Shown here: positions 38,860 to 52,502 of the stretch, one piece after another
Numbering within the stretch: position 1 is the first letter of the stretch
How the letters are laid out: every line of letters begins with the position of its first letter
Origin: Octopus vulgaris
Lineage: Eukaryota
Length of the DNA: 64,000 nt
Assembly (NCBI GenBank): GCA_951406725.2
Contig: OX597831.1
Coordinates: 63,364,001-63,428,000, forward strand
Direction: 5' to 3'
Position numbers and translations under genes: made by a program
Notes under the pieces: generated by a model
Databases searched by the model: none
What the model was told of the DNA's origin: nothing
Seen by the model: only the letters and a program-made list of their open reading frames with translations

Positions 38860-41085
38860 TGCGCGAGAATGTGATGTCGCTACAGAAAAACACTGTGAGT
38901 ACAGTAGACAGGAGGAACAGTGAAATGGTGAAGGGGCTATTAAGGATGAGGAACAGGAACGTTATACAGTGAACTCTGATTCTGTGGTGGGTAGTCATGC
39001 AGGGGAAATAAACCAACTAGATAATGAATTGCTTGAAATTCAAAGACGAATTCACCGACTTGATGAATGCTCCAGAAGAAAAACTCCCAATGAATAGGAA
39101 AAGGGTAGATAGGAGTATGATATATAAAGTAACACAAAAAATAAATACTGTCATACCATACATCCAGACGGACGACATAACATAAACGAGAAATCTTTTC
39201 CAAGCTATTGCACTACGTGTTGAGGAGAAATTACAACTTAAGAGTACAAAGAAATGGTGGAGCAAAAAACCATTGTGAAAACAATAGATTAAAAGGGACA
39301 TAATGCGGACAAGGCTAGATCTAGGAATAATTGAGCAATGGTTAAGAGGAAACTAGGAAAATTAGAGAAGAGATATAAAATACGGAAGAACGGGTTTGAT
39401 GCAGTAATAGAATAGTTAAAACAGAGAACTATGGCAAAAGTCCAGAAGATCGGGAGATTTGTGAACAGAAATAAACAGTTCGAAGAGAACAGATTGTTCA
39501 AAAATAGCCCGAAGCAATTTTTCCGAACGTTAAAAGGACACAATGGGGAAAATGTTGTCCCGGATGCAAATCAAGATAAGAAGTTCTGGAGCGGATTATA
39601 GGTAAACAATGTGGTGCATAAAAGGGATGCAATGTGGATAGGAACTATCAAGACAGAATTAGAAGGAGGAAAGAAACAAAGGAATATTGTCATAAGTACG
39701 ATTGCCGTGAAAGAACAAGTGGGTAAAGTGCCTAACTGGAAAGTCCCCGGACCACATGTGGTTTATAGCTTTTGGCTGAGAAGAAGCCACGCGGTGCATG
39801 AAAGACTAGAAGCCCAATTGAATTAATGTGTTCAGAAAGGTACAGGCGCCGCGTGGATAATGACCGGAAGGACAACACTTATAATGAAAGATAGAAGAAA
39901 GGGGAATATTGTGGGGAAACTACCGTCCCATAGCATGCGTAAGCATAATCTGGAAGACACTCACTGGAACATGTGAGGCAAAGATATATACTTCCCTGGC
40001 ACAAGAAGAAATACTACCAAGGGATCGAAAAAGATGTAGGAAGAGTTATCCATGGTACCAAGGGAACCACGACACTGCATGGGGCGCTACACCCTAAAGC
40101 AAACGTAAACAGACTGTATATGAAAAGAAAGAATGGTAGTAGGGGTCCAGTTAGTATAGACCATTGTATAAGGAGTGAAAGGAGAACGCTTGTCGAGTAT
40201 TTGATACGTCGTGATGAGGACATGCTGCAAATGAAACCAATGCATGAACAATACCTCGGAGAAATCGAAGGAGATGGATAAGAAAAAATGATCTGAAAGG
40301 ATGCACTAAGGTATTGATATGAAGCGACAGAAACAAGCTCTGAGAAGTAATTACACCAAGTTCCAAAAGAATATGAGTATCGAATCTTCCCTTTGTAGGA
40401 CGCGTGGCAGCAGAAACGAAACAATCTCCCATATTGTGAGTAAGTGTAACAAGCTGGCCCAAAAGCACTACAAAATGGAAGCATGATAACGTGGTTAAGT
40501 TCGTCCACTTAGAGGCTATGTGAAAAGTACGACCTGAACAGAGCAAGGAAATGATACGAACATGAACCAGAATGAGTCACCGAGAACAAAGAACATAAGA
40601 TACTGTGGGATTTTACAATTCAATGTGACTCCCTAATCGAGGCTCGGGGACTAGATATTGTGGTAGATAAAGGAAAAAAGGAAACCACGGTCATAAATAT
40701 ACCTGGAGATGCACGCATAAAGTGACAAGGAACTAGAAAAGATTGAGAAATACAGACTACTAAAAGACGAAATTGCAAGAATGTGGACTATGAGGAGAGT
40801 AGTTGTAGAGGCACTCGGAGCACTAACCACCATGTTCGTGAAATATGTCAAAGAAATCGGAATTGATATGAAAGCAGAGCAAATATCAAAAACTGTTCTG
40901 TCGGGAACAGCTAGGATTTTGAGATTGTTACTTGAATTTTGAATGTCTCCCACGATAATTAACAACCAAGTATCAAAGATTCTAATGTTCGGAAAGAGAT
41001 CCTGAGAGACCTCTGGCAGCAGGCTGCTGACCGTTCTTCCAGAATCTACCAGAATAAACAAGACCGAACGTTCTGAGAAGTGAAA
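38860..41085 (+). mobile_element. Highly degenerate R4/Dong-like RLE LINE with (CAA/TAA)n tail
   Basis: Fragments NWKVPGP, NYRPIAC, HGALHPKANVNRLYMKRKNGSRG, KILWDFTIQ and KYRLLKDEI. Confidence 0.8.
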
Positions 41086-41107
41086 CAACAACAACAACAA
41101 CAACAAC

Positions 41108-41140
<33 letters not shown>

Positions 41141-41159
41141 TATAATTCTTTCTCGTATA

Positions 41160-41545
41160 GACATAAGGTTTGAAATTTTTGAGGAGGGGATTACTCGATT
41201 ACATCAACACCAGTGTTTCAGTGGTACTTAAGTTACTGACCCCGAAAGGATGAAAATCAAAGTCGACCTCGGCGGAATTTGAACTCAGACCATAGAGACA
41301 GACGAAATACCTATTTCTTCACTACCCACGAGGGGTTAAACACAGAGAGGACAAACAAGGACAGACAAACGGATTAAGTCGATTATATCGACCCCAGTGC
41401 ATAACTGGTACTTATTTAATCGACCCCGAAAGGATGACAGGCAGAGTCGACCTCGGCGGAATTTGAACTCAGAACGTAGCGGCAGGCGAAATACCGCTAA
41501 GCATTTCACCTGGCGTGCTAACAATTCTGCCAGCTCGCCGCCTTG
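41160..41545 (-). mobile_element. Dimeric SINE family B
   Basis: A full unit plus a partial second unit, joined at GAAATAGGTATTTCGTCTG. Confidence 0.85.
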
Positions 41546-41746
<201 letters not shown>

Positions 41747-41748
<2 letters not shown>

Positions 41749-43100
41749 TTAGCTATAAGTTCCTTAGCAGTTCCAGTTGTTACTTATAGCTACAATGTGT
41801 TGAACTGGAATATGAGTGAAGTAAAGAATATAGATAGGAAAATACGCAAGCTGCTGAGTTATAATAGGATGCACCACCCAAAGGCAGACGTAGATCGCCG
41901 TTACCTTTCCAGAGCCCAAGGAGGTCGAGGCCTGATCCAATTTGAACTAGCTTACAAAACAACCACAATTGGACTGGCCAAATATCTTGAAATAACGAAT
42001 GACTGGATGCTAAAGCTCGTGGAAAATCACGAGAGACGAAAGAAGCTTTATTCTATCATAAAGGAAAGCAAAAAAATTGCTATTTATCTCGTGCTGAACA
42101 ACCCGAGGGAAGTACGGCAACTATTGTTGCAAAGAAGGTGAAAGTAATGGCAACGAAAAAAGCGCAGGAGCAATTGGCTGATAGGTGGGAAGAGAAACCT
42201 CTGCACGGCAAATATGTGGCCCGCAGCAAACAAGCTGATGTTGACCAGAAGCAAACCCATCAGTGGCTACGGAGCTCAGGGCTAAAAGCAGAGAGCAATG
42301 GTTTCATCCTGGCTGCTCAAGATCAAAGCCTATTAACCCGGAACTACCAAGCCAATGTGATGAAAAATGGAGCAGACCCAAAATGCCGATTCTGCAACAA
42401 CATGATTGAAACAGTGGACCACCTAATGTCTGGATGTAAAGTCTTAGCACCAGTGGAGTATAAATTAAGACATGACAGAGTTGGCCAATATCTACACTGG
42501 CTAATAAGTCGGCATTACAATATCAAAACTGCCGACAAGTGGTATTATCACCGCCCTGAAGCTGTAACTGAAGGAGAAAATGTAACGATTTTGTGGGACT
42601 TTCCAGTACATACAAACCGAACCATCAAAGCCAATAAACCAGATATTGTTGTGAAAGACCAAAACAATAAAGTTTGCTTATTGATCGACATGAGTATCCC
42701 CTGTGATCATAATATCTCAGCGAAAGAGTTTGACAAGCTCAGAAAATATAAAGACCTACTCATTGAAATTGAGAAAATGTGCCATCTCAAGGCGGTTACA
42801 ATACCAGTGGTCGTAGGAGCACTAGGAATGATCAAGAAAGGAACCGAAAATTATATGAGAATGATCCCTGGCTTACCATCACTGCAAGAAGTCTTAACTG
42901 GTACATCACACGTATTAAGAAGAGCATTGTCGATGTGAGAACTATTACTACCCATGTATTTTAATTTAACTTTTAAAAAAATGAACGAACTATTGAATTT
43001 AGTTTAATGGCCTACCAATGTATACTATGAGTTTCTTTGCCCGAGGAGTCGGGAAGACACTCGGCAAGAAATGGAAGCAAATTTGAAAGAAGAAAAAAAA
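41747..43100 (+). mobile_element. 5'-truncated R4/Dong-like RLE LINE embedded in (TAA)n
   Basis: MHHPKADVDRRYLSRAQGGRGL, then ORF 42138-42938. (TAA)n lies on both sides. Confidence 0.9.
42138..42938 (+). pseudogene. C-terminal CCHC knuckle and PD-(D/E)xK restriction-like endonuclease of an RLE LINE
   Basis: CRFC...H..SGC, RHD, KPDIVV...LIDMSIP...K..KY. It is frameshifted from the upstream RT-thumb segment. Confidence 0.85.
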
Positions 43101-43104
43101 TAAC

Positions 43105-43243
<139 letters not shown>

Positions 43244-44517
43244 GTAATACCAGTGGGGATGGAAATAGATACAAGGTCTTTGGAAATTGAATTTGATTAG
43301 AACATTATTCAGTCAGACAAGTTGGAACTTTTCTCTAAAGACTAAAAAGAAATGAAGTGTTCAGTGAAAGTAATAACAGCAACTGAATCTGATTCTCAAA
43401 GTTGAGTAACAGAGAGAAATGTTATAAAGTAAAAAATGGGGAAAAGAAAAGTACTTTAATGTCTCCGACACATGTTTTCTGTTCACAGTACAAATCAGAG
43501 AGACTAAAGAGATCTAAACTAATTAACTTCAAGACACTTTGCAAGAACAATGAAATGCAAAGTCGAAACTTTCAAAGACATTTACTTTTGATGTACAAAG
43601 TCAATAAAATATCATACAGAAGTATTAATGGTTATACAGGGCCCTTTAACACTGACATCTTGCACTGCACTTGGTTTTCTCCTTAATGTTCCATGTTCAA
43701 AGTTATGTATTTCACCCATATGTAGTTATTGTGTTTGCTAGCGAACAGTTTTTCACCTGCACCGATATCAGAGAAACAGCTAGCATATTTCCGGGTTGTA
43801 ATGTATATACGACAGATCTCGCGGAGGCGGCGGGAATTTATCACAAAGAATTAATACATGCATTGAAACAGATCAAGATGGAACTAAACGTACATAAATA
43901 CGCAGTTTTGATCATCAAACAACCGCCGACATGGACAGATCTTATAAAGTTCGAGAATGGGAAATGAGATCTAGATTTACTTCGAAGAGGTCAACCAGGA
44001 TCGGGGCCCGGACTTTTATTTTAGTTTAATTTGACGTTGTTTTTGTTGTTTTCGCTAATGGAACATTGCACTTAACCTTTAGCATACGATTAACATAGAC
44101 TTTCGAACACATTCTCATTCGCACATTCTCTCTCTCACACACACACACACACACACTCTCTCTCTCTCTCTCACACATACACACAGTCTTTCATACACAC
44201 ACACATTCTCCGTCCCTGTCTGTTTCTCTCTTTCACTCCCTCTTTCTCAGACCCCCCCCCACACACACACACATTCTGAAATGCCCACATACAAGATGTT
44301 ACTTATCAGCGGAAATACCAAAGTATTATTGTAGAAATGACTAACACCAACATAAATTCCGAACAAATAATGAAGACTAACGAAAGGAGAGTAGTTTGTG
44401 TGTAAGAATGTATGAATTATATATATGTATGTGTGTGTATGTGCTTGCGTTAGTGTGCATATGTGTATGTATGTATGTATGTATGTATGTATGTATGTAT
44501 GTATGTATGTATGTATG

Positions 44518-44551
<34 letters not shown>

Positions 44552-45019
44552 TGTATGTATGTATGTATGTACGTATGTATTTATATACGCATCCATTATT
44601 GCTTTGTAATACACAATAAAAAAAATGTTATGTTAGTGCGACGTTTTATCAAGTAAATCTAATATTTTGAAAAGTTTCCGGAAACGACACGAGATATGGA
44701 GTGAATGCTTGGTCGATGGAATTAAGATGTGTCATAGTTAAGATATTGGTAACAAATCTATTAGTATCAAATCCAAGGGAATTCAGAATCCATATGTCAC
44801 TGATGGCGTATCTGCTTGTGTATCGATATTTTGCGTGTATGTGTTAAATATAAGAATGGATACAGGCTGTTGAAGGGTATCGTGGTCGCGGGTTCAGTGT
44901 GACTGTGCGCTACCATGAGCAAGAGTCTTGTACGAAACACTGGTAACTCAATTATTCAGATGGAATTCAACCAACGGAGTTTGCTCGTCATTCAAAACGT
45001 CAAACTTATCACACGCTGT

Positions 45020-45640
45020 TAAGGCGGTGGCGAGCTGACGGAATGGTTAACTCGCCGGACAAAATGTCTAACCGCATTTCGTCTGTCTTTGCGTTCTGAG
45101 TTCAACCTAGCTTTTCATCCTTCTGTGATCGATAAAATAAGTACAGTTGAGTTCTGGAGCCGATGTCATTGACTTACCACTTACCCCGAACTTGCAGACC
45201 TTGTGCCAAACTTTGAAACCAAACTTATCACTCTCTGAGTCATTCTACGTCCCCACTGACGGCGGCGAGCTGGCAGAAACGTTAGCTCGCCGGGCGAAAT
45301 GCTTAGCTACGTTCTGAGTTCAAATTCCGCCGAGGTCGACTTTGCCTTTCATCCTTTCGGGGTCGATAATTAAGTACCAGTTACGCACTGGGGTCGATAT
45401 AATCGACTTAATCCGTTTGTCTGTCCTTGTATGTCCCCTCTGTGTTTAGCCCCTTGTGGGTAGTAAAGAAATAGGTATTTCGTCTGCCGCTACGTTCTGA
45501 GTTCAAATTCCACCGAGGTCGACTTTGCCTTTCATTCTTTCGGGGTTGATAAATTAAGTATTAGTTGCGTACTGGGGTCGATCTAATCGACTGGCCCCTT
45601 CATCAAAAATTTCTGGCCTTGTGCCTTGAGTAGAAAAGAT
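45020..45640 (+). mobile_element. SINE family B: diverged monomer (45020-45220) and dimer (45260-45640)
   Basis: Family motifs. TSD-like repeats are CAAACTTATCAC at 45001 and ~45220, and ATTCT(A/G)CGTCC at 45242 and 45639. Confidence 0.85.
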
Positions 45641-46158
45641 TCTGCGTCCTCCTGGGAGTTATACTAAACGTATATATTTCTGTGAGCTACTTAACCACTT
45701 ATTTTATAATGCAAGTATGTGACGGAGCGTGGTCAATTGTTTAGCGTGTTGCACTCACGATCGCAAGAACGTAGTTTCAATTTCCAGGCCAGCGATGCGT
45801 TGTGTCCTTGAGAAAAAGAGCACATTTCATGTTGCGCCTGTCCACTCAGCTGTAAATGGTGAAACCTACGACAGACTAACTAGTCCGCGTGAAGAGCATT
45901 ATGACCAGCCATGTATAATAACAGACGTTAGTCTGGGTGATACACTGATGCAATGATAATGCGTACTTTCTGCTGCGAGCACGACATGAATATTTATGGC
46001 CGAAGCCAACACAATAAACTTTATGGTATAACGCGGTATGCAATTGTTTGTCTTGATATGGAATTGTTTATATGGAATAAGAGACTATATGTATACTGAG
46101 CTATATGTATAGAATCATATTTCACAAGCAGTACGTACAGACTATATGCAAAGTGATC

Positions 46159-46590
46159 GGATCTTTTCGGTTTGAACGGCAGTTTTTTCTAGCGGTGTCA
46201 TATGAAATTGTCACCCATAATTATGACCCTAGTATCGATCTATTGCATTTCAATCTGTTTTAGGGTTAGGGTTAGTTAGGGTTAGGGTTAGGGTTGGGGG
46301 GAAGGGTATCTTTTTTTCTTCACAAATGTAAATAAACCCAATCTGTTTCTTAAACGAGGGACATATTCATACGGCACAGAATGTTGTTTACCTCAATGGA
46401 CGTCATTGATTGGTTGAAATTGCAGAAATTGAAGAAGAAAAAAGCAACAAATATCTTACAAACTATAGAATTTTCTCAATAAAGCCAAGAGAAAAAGATG
46501 TTTTATAAACACATTCTATGAGTATACGAAGTTTAAAATTTTTTAGTTACCTAGAAATTGTTAAAAACTGCCGTTCAAACCGAAAAATCC
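46159..46590. mobile_element. MITE family T1, second copy in opposite orientation
   Basis: Same TIRs as 2769-3198. TSD AAGTGATC at 46151-46158 and 46591-46598. (TTAGGG)n at about 46260-46295. Confidence 0.92.
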
Positions 46591-47524
46591 AAGTGATCGG
46601 TATATGAGATACACCGTTCTAGATGTTACAGCGGTTCATGAAGCTATTTGAAATCGTGTCAGCTCTGATCGTATAGCAGGGGGATCAAATGGATTCCAGT
46701 TGTTTACACCACTTCATGTACATCTATTGGTTTTGTACTAAGAGTGTTGTATTTTTGTTTTTATTTATTCATTTATGTATTAAGTGTTATTTTGGTATAA
46801 TGTGTTCATTCATGAGTCCGCTTGAATATTATTTTACAATTTTGCAGGATTCATTCATAGAGCACAAGATGGATAAGTAACCTCTGATTGGCAAGAATTA
46901 ACCACTGCTTTAGAAGCACACCATACTAGGCGAGACCTCTGCGAAACTGTGGCTATCCTGCATGCGTCACTTATTTTCTCACTTTTGTGTATCTTGGGAA
47001 TACAGTAGAATTGACTAGTTTTACTTTTGAAATTAGTGATATAGTCATATTCTTTGTCGGTGATCCCTTCTCTATATAATTTTAACATGGATTTTAGGTC
47101 TCTCAGGCATAATAATCAAAGTCCCTACTCCTAATGACCTCGAAATGAGACCTATAATAGCAGGTCCGGCATGCGAAACCCACCGCCTCAGTAACTTTTA
47201 GATACCCTCTTAAAACCTTTCCTCAAGCATGTGAAAAGCTACATAAGGGACGACCTGAAACAATAAACAAAAACACCCTACTAGTATCCTTCGATGTAGT
47301 CAACCCCTATCCCAATATTCCCCACAACCTAGGAATAGAGGCAATTCAATTCTGGATAGAGAATTACGCCAACGAACTCCCACGTCGCATCAAAAAACAA
47401 TTCGACATAAAAGGGCTAAAATTCATCTTGGGGAATAACTACTTTGTCTTCAATGACAACTTCTATCGACAAAAATCGGGGACTGCGATGGGTACGAGAA
47501 TGGCTCCTTCCTTTGCTAACCTAG

Positions 47525-47636
47525 TGTTGTGTGGACGCCCCCAGACGATGAACTAAGCTAGCCAATACGTAGATATAGAGGGAGAAGTCTAGACGTCGGC
47601 AGTTGAGTAGAGGTCATCGGAACGTGCGATATAACA
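47525..47636. mobile_element. 112-bp solo LTR-like insertion (TG...CA) with 5-bp TSD
   Basis: TGTTGTGT...ATATAACA flanked by CCTAG at 47520-47524 and 47637-47641. Removing it restores ANLVVGYLE. Confidence 0.85.
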
Positions 47637-48345
47637 CCTAGTCGTGGGATATCTAGAAATTAGTGTTTATCGTAAGGTTCTAGAAAAATACGGCAGCCCA
47701 TTCTCCATCTACAAAGAAAGAAATACCTGGATCACTGTTTCATTCTTTGGCATGAAAATATAGAGAGCCTCAAAGAATTCAAAGCACTTATAAATGGACT
47801 TGACGTAAACATTCAATTCACGATAGATTATAGCCATCAACAACTTCCCTTCCTCGACATCCTCATTAAGAAATCTAACAACGTAATAGAAACAGATATA
47901 TACTATAAGCCCAGGGACTCCAAGCAATATCTACCGTTCATCTCATGCCACCCAAAACATACCAGAATGAATATCTCCTTCAACCTAGCAAAAAGAATAT
48001 GTACTATAGTTTCTAATGCAAGCACCAAGGACACATGGCTACATGAACTAAAGGATACACTCATCATCAGGAACTACTCACCTTCACTGATTGACATATG
48101 CTTTCAACGTACCCTACAACTCAACATCCACGAACTCAGACATCCCAAATTAAAGAAGGATTTACACCCAGATTTCTTCTTCTCTGCCAAGAATTCACAA
48201 CGTCCTCGAACCTACAAGAGTAAACAAGAGAGACAGAGACAGGCAGAAACAAGGAAAATGCCCCTTGTACTTGAATACTGTATAGATATTCTTTAAAAAA
48301 AATTTTCATTTAATTTTTCCAAAATTTGATTGTTTTCCATACTTA

Positions 48346-48381
48346 CAGTTGAAAAAGTCTCAGTGACTGGAACCGGTACTG
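48346..48381 (+). ncRNA. Decayed hammerhead motif in the 3' terminal region of the Penelope-like element
   Basis: cag TTGAAAA agtc tcagt gact GGAAC CG GTA ctg. All three stems are kept and the core has three substitutions. Confidence 0.55.
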
Positions 48382-48430
48382 AAATGTTCTTTATAAAATT
48401 ATTTTGGCATTTTCTACCTTGACTTTTTTT

Positions 48431-48478
<48 letters not shown>

Positions 48479-48617
48479 ACTCGTGTGTTCCCTTTAAACC
48501 TTCAACATATATTTATATATATATAAGAAATGAACGTCCATCGAGTTTTAACTAGCAGCTGGTCAAACAATTGATTCTAGAAGTTGAATTTTGTATCGTA
48601 TAATGTTTGCACATACA

Positions 48618-49763
48618 TACAGAATGTTCTGGTTAAATATGACAGTTTGCGTAAGAGGAAAGGTAAAAACAATATTCCATCCAAAATTAAAGGTAATTTT
48701 TAAAAACTGAAAACATAACTAAATTATGTTGAGGGACAACAGTTTGCGCAAAGTAACTGCCATCAGCTTCCATCCAGAACCAGGTGCCTGCTTTCCTCAC
48801 TGAATCTATGAAAAGATATTTGAACATCTCTTTGATCTCAGCCCCCAGCTCGGCCATGGTACTGCAGGCAGAGTGGTTGGTACCTTTTTCAACTGCCACC
48901 CCCACACAGTAACCTGTGGGATTACAATCGGGATAATTAGTAGGCTAGAAACTGGGACTGGTGAAGTCATAGAAATTCTTCTGATTGTTTACAGAGGTGT
49001 GGCAAGGAACCGAATCCTGCCACCATTCACATGGCCTAGTGGTTAGAGCAGCGGACTCGCGGTTAAGGGACCGTGGGTTCGAATCTCAGACCGGGCGATG
49101 TGTGTGTTTTTGAGCGAATCACCTAGGCTCCGAGTAATGGCGAACTTCTGCTGACTCTTTCGCCACAGCTTTCTCTCACTCTTTCCTCCTGCATCTTGCA
49201 GCTCACCTGCGATGGACCGGCGTCCCGTCCAGGTGGTGAACATATACGCCAAGGAAACCGGGAAACCGGCCCTTATGAACCAGTCACGGCTCGAGAAGGA
49301 CAAATCACCATTCATATAGCTTTCCAGGAGCAACCATCTCCAGCCAGAGTTCAACCACGGGCTCTAGTAGCTTCACATAGCTATCTGAACTGAGTTTAGG
49401 GCTCAGTTCAAAGATGCGGATATAATTTCAAGTATGCAGATGCAGTCAGAAACCCTTCCGTGTCCTTTCCCGCTTGCCACGGCTTCGTAGTCCCCGTTAC
49501 AGTTGTCCATGTCACATCTTCAAGCATTTACGCGTGTTCCCAGAGCATTGATGACACAATGATGTCAGCACTTTGATACCCAATGCAAATCATAATGATA
49601 CAGGTAAGTCTTTACCAATATTCTAATGGCTTCCTCTCAGCAAACTTTCTCTCAATTACTGATATAATCTTTATGATCTCTAACGCCATTGACTGTTCAC
49701 TAATCCATTTAGCAGTTCCTGAAAAACGGAAACATAAATAATCTTCAAATTTAACCCGAACAG

Positions 49764-49767
<4 letters not shown>
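48618..49767 (-). mobile_element. Tc1/mariner relic (maT/DD37D-like) interrupted by SINE C
   Basis: Minus strand gives WQDSVPCHTS...PTNYPDCNP..YCV..AVEKGTN. Degenerate TIR TGTTC(T/G)GGTTAAAT(A/T)TGA at both ends. Confidence 0.7.
49030..49305 (+). mobile_element. SINE family C copy with 9-bp TSD
   Basis: Matches 15082-15388. CACCATTCA at 49021-49029 and 49306-49314. Confidence 0.9.
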
Positions 49768-49842
<75 letters not shown>

Positions 49843-49933
49843 GTATGTATATATATATATATATGTATATATATACATACATATATATATATATGTATAT
49901 GTATATATATACATACATACATACATACATATA

Positions 49934-49983
<50 letters not shown>

Positions 49984-51555
49984 TGTGTGTATGTATGTAA
50001 ATATACATATGCTTGTGCGTGTGTGTATATTTTTCGATGTCAATTAGTGTGTTTTTACATTAAAAGACAAACTTTCTGACTCGATAATTAATGATCTATA
50101 CCAGAGTCGATATAAGCCATTGCAATCTATTAAGTGCGATGCCTCCGAATCAAGAGAAAAGTTGATGCAAAACAGATTTGAGCCAGACGTGTCTTCGGGT
50201 TTGTTCGGGTTGAATTCGTGAATGTGACGAATTGGCAGAGTAATTATAACGCATGTTGAAATATTTAGTAGTCTAAATTCCGCTTTCCAATGTTCTGAAT
50301 GTCTTTCATTTGGGCGGGGGACGATAAATAGATCTACACTTCAAGGGTTCTACCTTGTCACATCGTGTTACACTGATTCTGCCACAGGATTGCGTTACAC
50401 CCAGGAATATTCAACCACGACACGTTAGTCTCCCAAAGAGTATTTCAGTTACTCGTACAACAGAATGAGCAGAATTGAGCTTGACGGAGGACCTTTCAGC
50501 AATCATAATCTCACATATTCCACCATTGTTTATATATTACTTTACTTCTGTATATGAAGTTATTTAAGACGACACAGTATGATTTGAGTAAAATTAGTTA
50601 CTGTTTCTAGCTAGCCCAGCGACTCTTCAGAGGCTTCTACGTTTGATCGCTTAGAATTAATTATGAAGAACACGTATATCACTTCAGGTATAGGATTTTG
50701 TATATAAAATTGTGTATAGTGTTTAATGTGTGCGCTTTATGGAGAAACAATTATTTTCACAAGAATCTATTCAATTCTACATATGTAGCAATAATTTAAT
50801 GGAACTAGTAAAGAAATAAAGGCATTGTTGGAAGATATCATTAATATGTTATGAGTAAATTATTATTAGTATATCGTAAGAATACAGATATCATTATAAC
50901 GACATGAAATGAATATATTATGGTAAGCGGACTACAATAGCGTCGTATGAATACCGATGTCATTAAGAGCATTGATGTGAAGATATAATTATGAAGACAT
51001 AATAAATGTATGGAAAGGAAGATTACATTAAAATATCAATGGCATAGAAATAGAGATATAAGATATTACATGAAATTATTAGTTGAAAGGGCCTGAAATC
51101 CAACAATCTTATACCATGATGAGTCGGAACAACGATCACCTGGGATTGCCTAAGCAATAAGAAGACAAAACAATTCTCTCTAGATGTGTTTAAAATGGTA
51201 ACACATGTACGAAAAGTAACTTCGACAAGTTCGGTTTTCCAATTTCGTGTCTATATTCGTTGTCTATATAGCTCAGACACTGCGAGGAACTGATCTCACC
51301 TGAATTATCTTCCTTGCTTGTTATGTTTTTATATTACAAACATTACCGGAAGAAATATTTGTCTAGGAATAGATGTCGATAATTTCAGTTCATCAAAGTT
51401 TTCTGATTCCCCATATTACTCATGTGGGATCTTTCGATATTTCTATTAAGTTAGTAGACAGCTCCCTTGTGATAGCTCTTTCAACGATATTATTATATTA
51501 GAACAATCTACATTCATACATACACATATACATACACAAATATAAATATGTATCA

Positions 51556-51610
<55 letters not shown>

Positions 51611-51950
51611 AGTATATACATGTGTGTGCGTGTGTGTAAACTGACGTACTAAGTATGCAATCATGTCAATTTTATCTATTCCCTGTGGACTGCAAAAAAT
51701 AATGAAAAAGCCTTAATCAGAGGTGTCTACATCATTTGACAGTCTCAATGAAATAAGTACTTATTCTGTTTATAGACACCAAATCTAGTAACCACAGAGT
51801 ACAGAAGCCCCAAATTTGCATACCATTAGTGTTTAACATTTTACTTAACAGTGACATGTCAACGGGTAGTACAGTCTCCGCAATATCAAAGCATGAGATA
51901 ATATGCCTATACAAACATATATATATGCACATGTCTTTATGCATCTATAT

Positions 51951-52438
51951 ATATCAGGTTTAAGGCGGCGAGCTGGCAGAAACGGTAGCATGCCGGGTGA
52001 AATGCGTAGCCGTGTTTCGTTTGCCGTTACGTTCTGAGTTTAAATTCCGCCGAGGTCGACTTTGCCTTTCATCCTTTCGGGATCGATAAATTAAGTACCA
52101 GTTACGTACTGGGGTCGATGTAGTCGACTTAATCCCTTTGCCTGTCCTTGTTTTTCCACTCTGCGGTTAGCCCCTTGTGGGTAGTAAAGAAATATATATA
52201 TATCAGGTTTAAGGTGGCGAGCTGGCAGAAACGGTAGCATGTCGGGTGAAATGCATAGCCGTGTTTCGTTTGCCGTTACGTTCTGAGTTTAAATTCCGCC
52301 GAGGTCGACTTTGCCTTTCATCCTTTCGGGATCGATAAATTAAGTACCAGTTACGTACTGGGGTAGATGTAGTCGACTTAATCCCTTTGCCTGTCCTTGT
52401 TTTTCCACTCTGCGGTTAGCCCCTTGTGGGTAGTAAAG

Positions 52439-52445
<7 letters not shown>
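51951..52445 (+). mobile_element. Tandem pair of SINE family B copies, period 249 bp
   Basis: ATATCAGGTTTAAGG at 51951 and 52200; the units are nearly identical. Confidence 0.92.

Positions 52446-52499
<54 letters not shown>

Positions 52500-52502
<3 letters not shown>

Larger units (their letters stand above)
46957..48432 (+). mobile_element. Penelope-like element relic: RT with inverted 5' piece and HHR-like 3' end, abutting (TA)n
   Basis: RPIIAGPACETHRLS, LVSFDVVN.YPNIP, FILGNNYFVFN..FYRQKSGTAMG, YLDHCF, LPFLDI, SCHPKH. FYCIPKIHK lies on the minus strand at 46961-47103. No GIY-YIG seen. Confidence 0.88.

Noticed and set aside
43671-43967. 98-aa ORF as a possible exon
   Set aside because: No recognisable homology or clear splice signals.
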